Assembly (NCBI GenBank): GCA_016213235.1
Contig: JACRBE010000016.1
Coordinates: forward strand, 1-57,431
DNA: 57,431 nucleotides
From: Chlamydiales bacterium
Lineage (GTDB): Bacteria > Chlamydiota > Chlamydiia > Chlamydiales > JACRBE01
Reading direction: 5' to 3'
The translations under genes were made by a program, and so were the position numbers. Of the stretch, positions 28,897-39,003 are shown piece by piece. Under the pieces are notes generated by a model. The model saw only the letters and a program-made list of their open reading frames with translations, was not told where the DNA came from and ran no database searches. Within the stretch, counting starts at the first letter, position 1. Every line of letters starts with the position of its first letter.

Positions 28897-29074
28897 AACC
28901 ATCCCACGCTTTTGAGTCCATTTTGAGTCAAATGATTTAAATTGGCTTATGTTAATTTGATTCATTTGAGTCATGTTGAATTAAAATGAATTAAGTTAAC
29001 TTGTTTAAAATAAAAGAGTTGTGATATTTTTAGCTCAAAGGTGTAGTAAGCTGTTTGTTTCTGAAAATTACCAT

Positions 29075-29124
29075 TCTTAAAATTTTTGTTATTTCAACAC
29101 GGAAGAATTTGACTTCCTAGTTCT
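29075..29124 (+). repeat. 50-bp direct repeat, copy 1
   Basis: tcttaaaatttttgttatttcaacacggaagaatttgacttcctagttct; 45/50 identical to 30250-30299. Confidence 0.9.
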
Positions 29125-29249
29125 ATAATGGAGAAGATAAGGACTGATGACAGGGATTTTTGACTTGTATAGGGATCTGAGAAATGAATTGGTCTCTTCT
29201 GTGTGAAATTTATTTTTGAAAATCTTTCGAATATCTGGCAACATAGACT

Positions 29250-30224
29250 ATGGAATGGAATGGGATCATCTTTATGGACTTGAAAAGGTTTCGTACATTC
29301 GAAGCATCTGGATTAGGACTTGGTTGCATGGGAATGACCGGTTTTTATGGCGATGTTAACAAGCAACAGTGCATTCAAGCAATTCAGACAGCGCTTGAAA
29401 ATGATGTTACCTTTTTAGATACAGCAGATAACTATGGAGTTGGGGACAATGAGTCTTTGATAGGAGCTGCCATAGCATTGTCTCGCAAGAAGGTCTGTAT
29501 TGCAACTAAGGTTGGAGTTGTCCGTAAAAAGGAAAACCCACACATAGTTTCCATCAACGGGACACCACAATATATCAAACAGCAATGTGTAAACAGTTTG
29601 AAGCGATTAAGAGTTCCTGTTATTGACTTGTATTATTTGCATCATGTTGATCCAAATACACCTATTGAAGAGACTATTCATGCGATGTCGGAGCTTGTTT
29701 CTGAGGGGCTGGTGCGACACCTTGGACTTGCTGTACATCCCATCACAGCTGTGCAAGCAGAGTATTCTCTTTTCTCAAGAGAAGCAGAGAAACAGATCTT
29801 GCCTCTTTGTAAGGAACTCGGAATTGGCTTTGTAGCCTGTAGTCCGATCTGTAGAGGACTTCTTAGTGGCACAATCACCTCATTTCAAGGTCTAACGCCA
29901 GGTGATTTTCGGAAACACTTCCCTCGATTTCAAACAGAAAATCTAGTTCATAATCTTTCTATCGTCAGCGCTCTTAAGAAAGTTGCCAACGAAAAATCGT
30001 GTTCTCTTTCTCAACTTAGCTTAGCATGGGTTGTAGCTAGGGCACCTTCTATCATCCCTCTTTTTGGAACAACACAGTCTATCCATGTACTGGAAAATAT
30101 AAAAAGTAAGCAGATCCATCTCACAGAGCAGGACATAGATAAAATTAACGAAATAGTATCAAGAGGGATGGTTCGTGGTGATCGACATCCTGAAATGGTA
30201 AAACAGCTTTATGATCCGTCTTGA
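29250..30224 (+). CDS. Aldo/keto reductase with an in-frame internal deletion
   Basis: [21 protein letters not shown] and SLKRL...[11 protein letters not shown]; lacks the usual SE..helix segment between LGL and AVHPI. Confidence 0.9.
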   Translation: [324 protein letters not shown]

Positions 30225-30249
30225 GTTACTGCTTTAGCAGATCCATCTA

Positions 30250-30299
30250 TCTTGAAATTTTTGTTATTTCAACACGGAAGAAGGTGACTTCCGAGCTCT
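30250..30299 (+). repeat. 50-bp direct repeat, copy 2
   Basis: tcttgaaatttttgttatttcaacacggaagaaggtgacttccgagctct. Confidence 0.9.
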
Positions 30300-30469
30300 T
30301 CCGAGTTGTCTTCTTCATCCCCGATATAACATGACATGCAGCTATTTTAGTGAGACGATGGTTTTAGTTCCCATTGAAATCTTTGTTTGATTCTTACACG
30401 GAAAAGAGATAGAAAGAAATAACAGTAGAAAATATTCTCATTCATTTTTGTTTTTGATACAATGCAGGT

Positions 30470-33400
30470 ATGAAAAATTTTCAATTCTTTTTAAGAAAGA
30501 GACGTTTAGTTCTTTTTATAACTACATTTGCTCTGTTTTTTATTTTTTTATTTCGCCATAGCTTTGTCGGATATGGCACAGACGTGCTCTTAAACATTTT
30601 TTTTCCATCTAAATCTTCCGTCCATTTTACCTTTGATAAGGTGAAATGGAGAGATAAACAACTCATATTGCATGATTTTTCTGTTCATATTCAAGATACA
30701 AAAAATAGTAGTCCTATCCGTTTTTATACGGAGCAATGCTGTATTGAATTTGAATTTTCCTTCCGTCGTTTTGATATAACACCAAATATTCGTCTATTAC
30801 ATCCTTATATACAAGTGGAGTCCAAAGAAGACTTAAAGAATGATTTACATATCAATATTATTCCGTCTCTTATGAAGATCAGCAGACAACTGAAATTAGA
30901 GATCGACGATGGAGAAATCTGTTTTATCAAACAAGGTCAAAAAGCAAGTACCTTTTTCTCTTTTAAGCAAAGTAAAGAAAAAAATACATTTGGTACTTTT
31001 TATGTTGCGGATTCTCTTCATCAACTGATGGAGCCAAATATAGAGATTTCGATTGCTTCGTTGCATTCTGAACTATTGGCACATGTTCTTTTAAGTGATG
31101 TATCTGTTTCGTGGATAGTAGATATGTTACGCTTAAGCCCACTTGTTTCTTATGCTGATTTGCAAGGAGACGGAGTAGTAAATGGTAATGCGATGATTAG
31201 CTATTCTCCAAAAGGAGACATGAACCATTTTTCTATTAAAATGAAAGTTTCAGACCTCTTGTTGCAAAGACAAATGGAAAATTTCATTGTAAGGCTTGAA
31301 CATGCTATAGTAGAAACTTCCTATCCTGCTAAAGATAAGAAGGGTAAAGATAAATGGTGGAATTGTTTTCAACTAAGCACGGAAATAGCAGGAGCAAGTG
31401 CAGTTTTTCATCAATTTTCGCTAAAAGATTTTTATGGTAAAGTACAGGTCGGATTAAAACAAGCACCATTTCTTTCTTTAAAAGGGACCATTCATAATGG
31501 AGAAGAGGAAGCTATCTTTCGGTTAAAAGGTGTTCCTTGCATTGACTGGCAACATTTGTTATCGGCAGAATTATTGCTGCGAAATAAAGAACATCTTGAA
31601 GATGAAGGGATTATTGATTTTACCATAACACAGTCAGATCAAACACAGCTTGTATGGATGGCAAATGTACATCAGGTAAATGCTTCCTTTTTACAATATA
31701 TGAGTATTTTCTACCCATTGAAGAAAATAGTATGCCATGGTGGGTCAATAAATGGGTTATTAAGGGGAGAATGGGGTAAAAAAGACAATTTTTCCATTGA
31801 AGCAGACAATATGTCAGTTGCTGACATGCTTTATCGCGATAACAACTATGTGGCAAAAGCAACATCGATTCATTTAGATGGGCGGATTGTCTACGAAGAA
31901 AAAAACTTTTTTGTTCCATTTATGCAAGTCAATATCGATGAGATAATGTGTCAAAATACTGTTTTTCCTCATCTAAATATTGATTCTACACAAGTTGCTA
32001 TTCATGTAATTGACAATGAATTTGTTGACTCAGAGATAAATGGCCAAATAGGGGATGCCAATGTTTATATTGCAATAGCAAATAAAGTACGCAGTCCCAA
32101 GATACAATGCATTTTAGATTCCCCTGTTTCTCTCATCTATCCCCTTTTTCATGACGCAAAGCTATTAGAGCAAATAAGCAATATGCCAGATCATGCCATC
32201 TTATCTCTCAATCTAGAAAAACTGGCAACAGATTGGAGTTGCAATGGGACAATGGAAATAGAAAAAATAGATCATCAAGTGGAGAAGATTGATTTTTCAG
32301 GTGTGATGGATGATCAAATTTTTTATCCTAGGACAGGAACATTTACTAGCCATATTAAGCAGGCACATTTTGAAGGAAAAAAAATTACAAATGCTTTTTA
32401 TCAATTGCCCATCGCCATGATTGGTATGAATTTTCAGCTTTTTGGAGAAATAGATGTTAAAGGAGTAATTGATTCGAAAGGGTGCTCTATTCATTATCAA
32501 ACAGATGATTTCTTATTTCATACAAAGGAAGTAGAAGTAGCAATCAAAAAAGAATATTCTCAACAAGAGATTGCAGGAGATCTTTATTTCCCATTTGATA
32601 CACAGATATTTTCTGTAACGATGCCTATTTGGCAGGCAAGATGTATTTTTTATCCACAACAACTACAATTTGAGAAGATAGATGGGGATCTTTGTATTAA
32701 TGGAGAAGATTTATATTTATCCAATTTAAAAGGGTTTTCTAAAGAAGGTATTGATATTTGTGGAAAAATTTATCTACATTTTCAAGGCGTAGATGCTGAT
32801 TATTTTGATTTACATGTTACAAAATTTAAAGGCTTTGCAAGTCAATTTGTTGAATTTGCTTCCCATTTCCCAGAGTTCCCCAATTGGAACATAGATATCA
32901 ATGGATTTATAGAAGAAACAAAAGATGGATTAAAACTCCAAACTAAACTCATTCCTTTGCAAAAAGACCCTGATTGGAAAATTTCTTTTGCATTAAAAGA
33001 GGGTATGCTTGCCTCTACTTCTGATATAGAAGTAAAAAACCTATCGTTTGACTTTGATTTTGATTCGACAATGGAAAAGGTGAGTGTCTCAGAGTTAAAA
33101 GGACAACTTGCTTGTTTAGATGAAAAAAGTAATCCCCAGAAAGTTTATATTCCGTTTTTTTCTTTTCAGCATATGCAATATCCTTTGATAGAATTTGATG
33201 TTCGTATAGAAGATGAAATCGTTGATTTATTTCGTTTTGTTGGCAAGGGATATACTCAAAGTGAAACTGGCCATATTGTCATTGAGATAGACAAAGAGCT
33301 GTCTACAATAGGTGAATCCAAATGGAGTGAACTCATATGTCACTTCTCTACTGAATGGGAATTACTCTTATCGCAAGTGAATATTGAACTCTCTTCCAAT

Positions 33401-35431
33401 ACGATTCAACAACTTAAATCTTTTTTAAATAGTTATCATCTTGTCTCTTCTAATTTACTTAAATATATACCAGTAGACACATTGCAAGTCTTGGCGCAAT
33501 ATGATCAACATGCAAATAAAATGGATATTCAACTAACCGCACAAGCCTTTGCACTACATGTATATAGGGATTACAGTGATCTGCATATGATGATAAAAGC
33601 GGCAGATGCTGTTTGCAGTGCAATGATACAAAAGGAGAAAAATCAACTTACACTGATCGATATGAAGGGAAATTACCAAGACTCTTATTTTATTGCCCCC
33701 ATAGGTCATATTAATTGTGAATCAAAACAAATACAGATTCCACATATTGCATTTCATGGAGATATCTCCCAACTTTCAAAGCAAACGATATTTCCTTTCT
33801 ATTCGCTAGAGCAAGAATATATTACGCACATCGATGGTGAAATGCAACTTGATATAAGTGGTAAATATGCATGGAAAGATCTAGAAGTATTTTCTGGTAT
33901 ATCATTTGTTACAAAAAATGAGATCAATCCAGGATTTGTTGTACAATCTATCGAACCTATTGGTATCCATTATTCTTCTAATAGATGGTATCTTACTGAT
34001 ACAAAAATATCCTGTTTTCATGATCTGTATAAAGATAGTCCTTTAATGGTTAGTGTAGAACAAATAGAGGTAGCGAATTTCTATACGATGGATTTTCATA
34101 CCATCGTTGTATCTATGCCTCCTGAGTTTTACCGCTCCTTTGTACAATTTTGCGATCTGCATGAAAGCTTTTTGGATCAACAATCGATCTATCATGATTT
34201 TTTGTCCAAGAACCACTTAGAATTTTCATTTAATCTTAGTAAAGCAGAAGACAAAATTAAAATAGATGGGATTGCTAGCAAAGGATTTTACTGGATAGCC
34301 AATCGAATATGGCAAATACATGATTCTACGATTTCATATGAAAAAAACATGTTAAAAGCATCCATTGGATTATCTATTCAAGATAAAAGAATAGGAATCA
34401 ATGTCGATTATCCCATATCCCATCCGATGCCCGTAGAATTAGAAATATTCGACTATAGCGCACAAGAGGAAAAAATATTAGTTACACTATTCAAAGAAAA
34501 AGATCGGTATCTTATAGAGAAAATTAAAGGGAAAATACCTGGAATTGAAATAGAATTTATCCCCAAATATCATAAATATGATCCTATTTTTGCTCTTACA
34601 GGAAAAATAGATATTGATTTTTCTAAGCTTAAAGATTTTTTTCCATCTTCCTTACAAAGTAAGTTTAAAGAGTTGGAACTTGGTAAGGGCTACGAGATCA
34701 TGGGAGATATTGTCATTAATTATCATGACTGGAAAAACTCCTATTTTGAAGGAACTATTACAGGAAGAGACTTTGAGGTTATTGGATATGCAATTCGTAA
34801 CTTTATGGTAAATGCAAAGATGTCGATGAATGGTATTTTCTTAAAAGATTTGAGAGTAAGCGATGAGGCTGGTGTAGTGTGGATAGATGAAGTTTCTGTG
34901 AAAAAAGAAGGGGAGCAATTAGTAATAGATATTCCTAAAGTAGAAATGAGTGATTTCCGCCCTTCTTTAATGTTTAAACGTAGTATGAAGTCTAAAAAGA
35001 TAAAACCTCTTATTATTACTTATGCGTGTCTAGAAAATTTGAAAGGTCCTCTTTTGCAGCTCGAACATATCAAAGGAACTGGTTGTTTTAATTTTATTAA
35101 TACCATGAAAAGAGAATTTACTATTTTGGATATTCCATTAGAACTGATCTCTCGTCTTGGTCTTGATATGAAATTATTAATACCAATAAAGGGGAGAATT
35201 GATTTTCAAATCGAGAATAAGAAAATCCTCTTAAAAGAACTGAAAGACTCAGTAAGTGAAGGGAAACGCTCTCATTTCTTCCTTTCAAAGAAACGGCCTT
35301 CTTATATTGATTTTGACGGAAATATGCAAATCGATATCAAAATGCAACAGCATGTCTTGCTGAAATTAACACAGCCTTTTACTCTGTCAATTAGAGGATC
35401 TGTATTTCAGCCACAATTTAGTTTAAAATGA
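30470..35431 (+). CDS. Large N-terminally anchored beta-rich protein, possibly AsmA/TamB-like
   Basis: 1653 aa, a single N-terminal TM segment, alternating beta-strand patterning and a C-terminus LSIRGSVFQPQFSLK. Confidence 0.55.
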   Translation: MKNFQFFLRKRRLVLFITTFALFFIFLFRHSFVGYGTDVLLNIFFPSKSSVHFTFDKVKWRDKQLILHDFSVHIQDTKNSSPIRFYTEQCCIEFEFSFRRFDITPNIRLLHPYIQVESKEDLKNDLHINIIPSLMKISRQLKLEIDDGEICFIKQGQKASTFFSFKQSKEKNTFGTFYVADSLHQLMEPNIEISIASLHSELLAHVLLSDVSVSWIVDMLRLSPLVSYADLQGDGVVNGNAMISYSPKGDMNHFSIKMKVSDLLLQRQMENFIVRLEHAIVETSYPAKDKKGKDKWWNCFQLSTEIAGASAVFHQFSLKDFYGKVQVGLKQAPFLSLKGTIHNGEEEAIFRLKGVPCIDWQHLLSAELLLRNKEHLEDEGIIDFTITQSDQTQLVWMANVHQVNASFLQYMSIFYPLKKIVCHGGSINGLLRGEWGKKDNFSIEADNMSVADMLYRDNNYVAKATSIHLDGRIVYEEKNFFVPFMQVNIDEIMCQNTVFPHLNIDSTQVAIHVIDNEFVDSEINGQIGDANVYIAIANKVRSPKIQCILDSPVSLIYPLFHDAKLLEQISNMPDHAILSLNLEKLATDWSCNGTMEIEKIDHQVEKIDFSGVMDDQIFYPRTGTFTSHIKQAHFEGKKITNAFYQLPIAMIGMNFQLFGEIDVKGVIDSKGCSIHYQTDDFLFHTKEVEVAIKKEYSQQEIAGDLYFPFDTQIFSVTMPIWQARCIFYPQQLQFEKIDGDLCINGEDLYLSNLKGFSKEGIDICGKIYLHFQGVDADYFDLHVTKFKGFASQFVEFASHFPEFPNWNIDINGFIEETKDGLKLQTKLIPLQKDPDWKISFALKEGMLASTSDIEVKNLSFDFDFDSTMEKVSVSELKGQLACLDEKSNPQKVYIPFFSFQHMQYPLIEFDVRIEDEIVDLFRFVGKGYTQSETGHIVIEIDKELSTIGESKWSELICHFSTEWELLLSQVNIELSSNTIQQLKSFLNSYHLVSSNLLKYIPVDTLQVLAQYDQHANKMDIQLTAQAFALHVYRDYSDLHMMIKAADAVCSAMIQKEKNQLTLIDMKGNYQDSYFIAPIGHINCESKQIQIPHIAFHGDISQLSKQTIFPFYSLEQEYITHIDGEMQLDISGKYAWKDLEVFSGISFVTKNEINPGFVVQSIEPIGIHYSSNRWYLTDTKISCFHDLYKDSPLMVSVEQIEVANFYTMDFHTIVVSMPPEFYRSFVQFCDLHESFLDQQSIYHDFLSKNHLEFSFNLSKAEDKIKIDGIASKGFYWIANRIWQIHDSTISYEKNMLKASIGLSIQDKRIGINVDYPISHPMPVELEIFDYSAQEEKILVTLFKEKDRYLIEKIKGKIPGIEIEFIPKYHKYDPIFALTGKIDIDFSKLKDFFPSSLQSKFKELELGKGYEIMGDIVINYHDWKNSYFEGTITGRDFEVIGYAIRNFMVNAKMSMNGIFLKDLRVSDEAGVVWIDEVSVKKEGEQLVIDIPKVEMSDFRPSLMFKRSMKSKKIKPLIITYACLENLKGPLLQLEHIKGTGCFNFINTMKREFTILDIPLELISRLGLDMKLLIPIKGRIDFQIENKKILLKELKDSVSEGKRSHFFLSKKRPSYIDFDGNMQIDIKMQQHVLLKLTQPFTLSIRGSVFQPQFSLK

Positions 35432-35952
35432 GAAGACTTGTTAGACTACTATTTGATTTTCCATGTAAATGTTGCGGTAAGGAAAGAGAAAAAATAACAG
35501 GCATTATCTGCAATACCTGTCGTGATTTTTTATTAGAAGCTCTTTTAAATCCGCTGATACAAAAAACACATCGAGGCTGGATGGTATGTTTAATGCAACA
35601 CGAAGGCCCTATGAATGTCTTATTGGAGGAGTTAAAACATAAACAAGACAAAGGGCTTATCAAAGCGCTAGCGTCTATCTTATTTTTATCATTAGAGAAG
35701 ATTAATGCTACTTATAATGGGGTTGTATATATCATGAATGCATATCCTTTTATAGAAAAAATAGCTAGTGAGATAGCTAAGATGTATCAAACAGAATGTA
35801 TCTCTTGTAAGGAACTCGAGCAAGAAAACTTATATGATAAACGATTCTTGGTAGTGACGATTCATTCACGTGAACCAGACAAGATCATTCCCACTCTCAA
35901 CACCTGGAACAGTGGGTATCAAACGTTGTTTGATTGTATTGCAATAAAATAA
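35428..35952 (+). CDS. Degenerate ComF-like protein (double zinc ribbon)
   Basis: LLFDFPCKCCG...ICNTC and EGPMNVLLEELKH; no clear PRPP-binding loop. Confidence 0.5.
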   Translation: MRRLVRLLFDFPCKCCGKEREKITGIICNTCRDFLLEALLNPLIQKTHRGWMVCLMQHEGPMNVLLEELKHKQDKGLIKALASILFLSLEKINATYNGVVYIMNAYPFIEKIASEIAKMYQTECISCKELEQENLYDKRFLVVTIHSREPDKIIPTLNTWNSGYQTLFDCIAIK

Positions 35953-36148
35953 GAATAAGTCACAATACCGATAAGGGATTAGGAAATCAGCTTTTCTTTC
36001 CCATGGCCACTTTTGGCTTGCATGCTCTAGAGAGATGAAAGCATATAGGGTCTTGAATCCAGCTTGTTCATTATTTTTTATTGATTAAATGAGGTTATTG
36101 TTTTATTTGTTAGAAATCAAAATAAGCTCAATAAAAGGGTAAAATTTT

Positions 36149-36322
36149 ATGCAAAATCAACAACAAGCCCAAATGACGATGATGAAAAATAAGGATATGG
36201 GCATGAACATGGATAGCTGCCACACAACCATGTATGTTTTTGGGATTTTAGTGCTAGCCAGCCTCGCAGCTCAAGTCATTCTTCAGTTCAAAATATTAAA
36301 AAAACTGCGTAAAAAACAATAA
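36149..36322 (+). CDS. Small Met-rich single-TM protein (57 aa, below the ORF-track cutoff)
   Basis: MQNQQQAQMTMMKNKDMGMNMDSCHTTMYVFGILVLASLAAQVILQFKILKKLRKKQ*, with aagggt upstream as a possible RBS. Confidence 0.7.
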   Translation: MQNQQQAQMTMMKNKDMGMNMDSCHTTMYVFGILVLASLAAQVILQFKILKKLRKKQ

Positions 36323-36339
36323 AATAGCATTGATAAATT

Positions 36340-36567
36340 ATGAATGAGAATCATCATAAGCAGGGATGTTGTTCTATTAGACCGATGTACCTTGTGTATC
36401 TATTGTTAATAGTAGGTGGTATTTATCTGATTGTCTATCATGGTGCGCACTTGTATACCATATTACCTTTTTTAATTGTCCTGTTATGCCTTTTAATGCA
36501 TCTATTTCATAATAAGCATCATGGAAATAATAAGGGAAATCAAGATAAGAATAATCGATGTCATTAG
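36340..36567 (+). CDS. DUF2933-family small His-rich membrane protein
   Basis: H.AHL..ILPFLIVLLCLLMHLFH..HHG matches the DUF2933 pattern. Confidence 0.75.
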   Translation: MNENHHKQGCCSIRPMYLVYLLLIVGGIYLIVYHGAHLYTILPFLIVLLCLLMHLFHNKHHGNNKGNQDKNNRCH

Positions 36568-36577
36568 TAAAAAAACA

Positions 36578-37246
36578 CTATCGATTAAAAACTGCTCTTT
36601 TGCTTAATTCATTTCGAATTTGTTTTGCCGATTCAAACAAGATGGCGTCAATATCGAGTTTTTGAGCAGCTTGAATATTTACGGGCTTGTCATCAATAAA
36701 TACAACATCTTTTGCAGGTAGTTGTAAGCAATCAAGTAACATTTGATATGCCTTTTGATCAGGTTTCGAACTGCCGATTTCACATGACAAAAGACAGGGA
36801 TCAAATGGAATATAAAGACCAAAATCTCGTATTAACTTTGATTTGTATGTATCGATATTTGACAGGAGAGCAACACGAAGTTTTTTTTCTTTTAATTCAT
36901 CGACTAGAGCATACATCTCTTGATTGATGCCAATAGCATTTTTCATTGATGCTCGGAAAGATATTATCCAGTTGGGCGGAAGAGAAATGTTGTTTTTTTT
37001 TGCATAAGATAACCAAAATTCTTCTTCGTTTTTCCCTTGTTTTATCGTTAATCGTTTTTCTTGATTAACTTTTTTAAATTCAGTTGTAGAGAGTTTCATA
37101 GTTTCTTGTAAAAATTTAATCAGCATCTCTTTTGTTGATTTACTTGTCATGACACCTCCAAAATCAAAGACAATTGCCTGGGGATCTGCAAAGAGAGCGC
37201 TAACTGTGCATAGACATATCAAAAAAATAATTAAATGTTTTTGCAT
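36578..37246 (-). CDS. HAD-family phosphatase with an N-terminal signal peptide
   Basis: IVFDFGGV, LLSN, KPD..AY and FIDD...N motifs. Confidence 0.9.
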   Translation of the reverse strand: MQKHLIIFLICLCTVSALFADPQAIVFDFGGVMTSKSTKEMLIKFLQETMKLSTTEFKKVNQEKRLTIKQGKNEEEFWLSYAKKNNISLPPNWIISFRASMKNAIGINQEMYALVDELKEKKLRVALLSNIDTYKSKLIRDFGLYIPFDPCLLSCEIGSSKPDQKAYQMLLDCLQLPAKDVVFIDDKPVNIQAAQKLDIDAILFESAKQIRNELSKRAVFNR

Positions 37247-37279
37247 AAGGAGCCTATTATTTAGATATCATCTGAATAC

Positions 37280-37310
37280 AAAAAAGCCAGCTGTAGAGGC
37301 TGGCTTTTTT
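37280..37310 (-). terminator. Intrinsic terminator after dnaA (bidirectional type)
   Basis: aaaaaagccagc-tgtagag-gctggctttttt. Confidence 0.85.
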
Positions 37311-37328
37311 TTAAAAACATCTAAAAGA

Positions 37329-38669
37329 TTATTTTTCTAGATTTTGTTTAGCCATATGAATCTGTTTTCGTAATAACTCATCTTTTTCAATCTGTTTGCG
37401 GATTTTATTCCATGAGTGCAGTAGTGTAGAATGCGTTTTTCCTCCAAAAGATGAAGCTAATTTCATCAGCGATTCATTAATTAGTTCTTTTGCAAGGTAC
37501 ATCGCTACCTGTCTTGGAAATGCAACATCTTTTGTGCGAGAGGTTCCTCTAAGATCACTGATTCTTACATTAAAAATAGAAGAAACACTTTTTAAAATGC
37601 TTTCCACAGAAATTTTCTTTTGTGGCACATATTGAAACATTTCACTGAGTGTTTTTTCTACAATTTCTTGCGTTACATCAATGCCCATTAATTTACAGTA
37701 AGCACTCAAACGGTTAATCGCGCCCTCTAACTGACGCACGTTATTAAAAATATGCTCTGCAATAAAGAAAGCAACAGTCTGTGGAATACGAAGACCTTTC
37801 AGTTCCGCTTTATGTTGCAAAATAGCAACTCTTGTTTCCAAATCAGGAATACCAATATTTGCTACAAGCCCCCATTCCATCCGTGCAATAAGTCTTTCTG
37901 ATAATTTGAGTTGGCTAGGTGGTTTATCGCTTGTAATCACAATCTGTTTGCTTTGATTAATCAAACTCTCAAACGTATTACAAAATTCTTCTTCAAAGTT
38001 TAATCTACTTTGTAAAAATTGAATATCATCCACAAGCAGTACATCAAGAGATCGATAATATCGTTTCATCTTATCTACCGATTTGTTCCGTAGATTATCC
38101 ACTAAATCATTGATGAAACTCTCTGTTGTAATGCACTGTATTTTTAGTTTTTTCTGCTTATCCTTCAGATAGTGTCCAATACCATGTAATAAGTGTGTTT
38201 TACCAAGACCTACGCCACCATGAATAAAAAGTGGATTGTAAGATTTACCAGGACGCAGTGCAACACCTAAAGCCGCAGATTTTACAAATTGATTAGATGG
38301 ACCTTCAATAAAATTTTCAAATACATAAGCCTTATTTAATACAATACCATGATGAGGGAAATTAATTTCTACTATTTCTTCCTGTTGTGGCTTTGGCTGC
38401 TTTGAAGGTTGGATTTGTTCTGTAATTTGAAAATGAACACAAGGATCCCCATTTTCTTTTACCGGTAAAAACAAACTCAATTCTTTCTTATAGTTATCTA
38501 AAATGTATTCTTGAACGAATATATTAGGTACCTCTAATACAACTTCATTATCTGTCACCTGAAGTACCTTAATCGGTGCAAACCAGTTTTGGAATTCTGC
38601 AGCACTACAGTGATTTTGTATATAGTCTAAAAACTGAGACCATGTCGCATCCATTTTTTCGGCAAGCAT
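37329..38669 (-). CDS. dnaA: Chromosomal replication initiator DnaA
   Basis: [41 protein letters not shown] and GGKTHSTLL. Confidence 0.98.
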   Translation of the reverse strand: MLAEKMDATWSQFLDYIQNHCSAAEFQNWFAPIKVLQVTDNEVVLEVPNIFVQEYILDNYKKELSLFLPVKENGDPCVHFQITEQIQPSKQPKPQQEEIVEINFPHHGIVLNKAYVFENFIEGPSNQFVKSAALGVALRPGKSYNPLFIHGGVGLGKTHLLHGIGHYLKDKQKKLKIQCITTESFINDLVDNLRNKSVDKMKRYYRSLDVLLVDDIQFLQSRLNFEEEFCNTFESLINQSKQIVITSDKPPSQLKLSERLIARMEWGLVANIGIPDLETRVAILQHKAELKGLRIPQTVAFFIAEHIFNNVRQLEGAINRLSAYCKLMGIDVTQEIVEKTLSEMFQYVPQKKISVESILKSVSSIFNVRISDLRGTSRTKDVAFPRQVAMYLAKELINESLMKLASSFGGKTHSTLLHSWNKIRKQIEKDELLRKQIHMAKQNLEK

Positions 38670-38697
38670 GATAACTATTTATCCTTTATCTTTTTGG

Positions 38698-38955
38698 TTT
38701 TCAACATTGTTTATAAACAACCTTTCCACAACATTTTAGGGAAGAGTCATTTATGACGCAAATCTACCATTTTAAATACAAACCAGGCAACCTTTTTTAA
38801 GAGAAAAAAACAATTTTTTGGTTAACTCCTTGAGGTTAAGATCCAAAAAAAAAGAAAAAAAATCACAAAAAAATAAGGAAAAGAAAAGCAGTTATGAACA
38901 ATGGGTTTGATTTGTTGATAACTGTTTAAAACTATTACTATATTTATGTGGAAAA
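38698..38955. promoter_or_regulatory. Cluster of DnaA-box-like 9-mers upstream of dnaA
   Basis: ttttcaaca 38698, ttataaaca 38711, ctttccaca 38722, ttatgaaca 38892, tgttgataa 38913 and tgtggaaaa 38947, flanking an A-tract-rich core. Confidence 0.6.
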
Positions 38956-39003
38956 GAAGATAACTTCGATGAGACTGCAAAATCATCAGTTAGAAATAAT
39001 GTA

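Noticed and set aside
29075..30299. Direct repeats considered as a CRISPR array or integron attC sites
   Set aside because: There are only two copies 1.2 kb apart, with no cas or intI gene and no attC-like palindrome.
35870..36075. Short open minus-strand frame (EQAGFKTLYAFISLEHASQKWPWER...)
   Set aside because: It has no start codon or recognisable family and overlaps the ComF-like 3' end.
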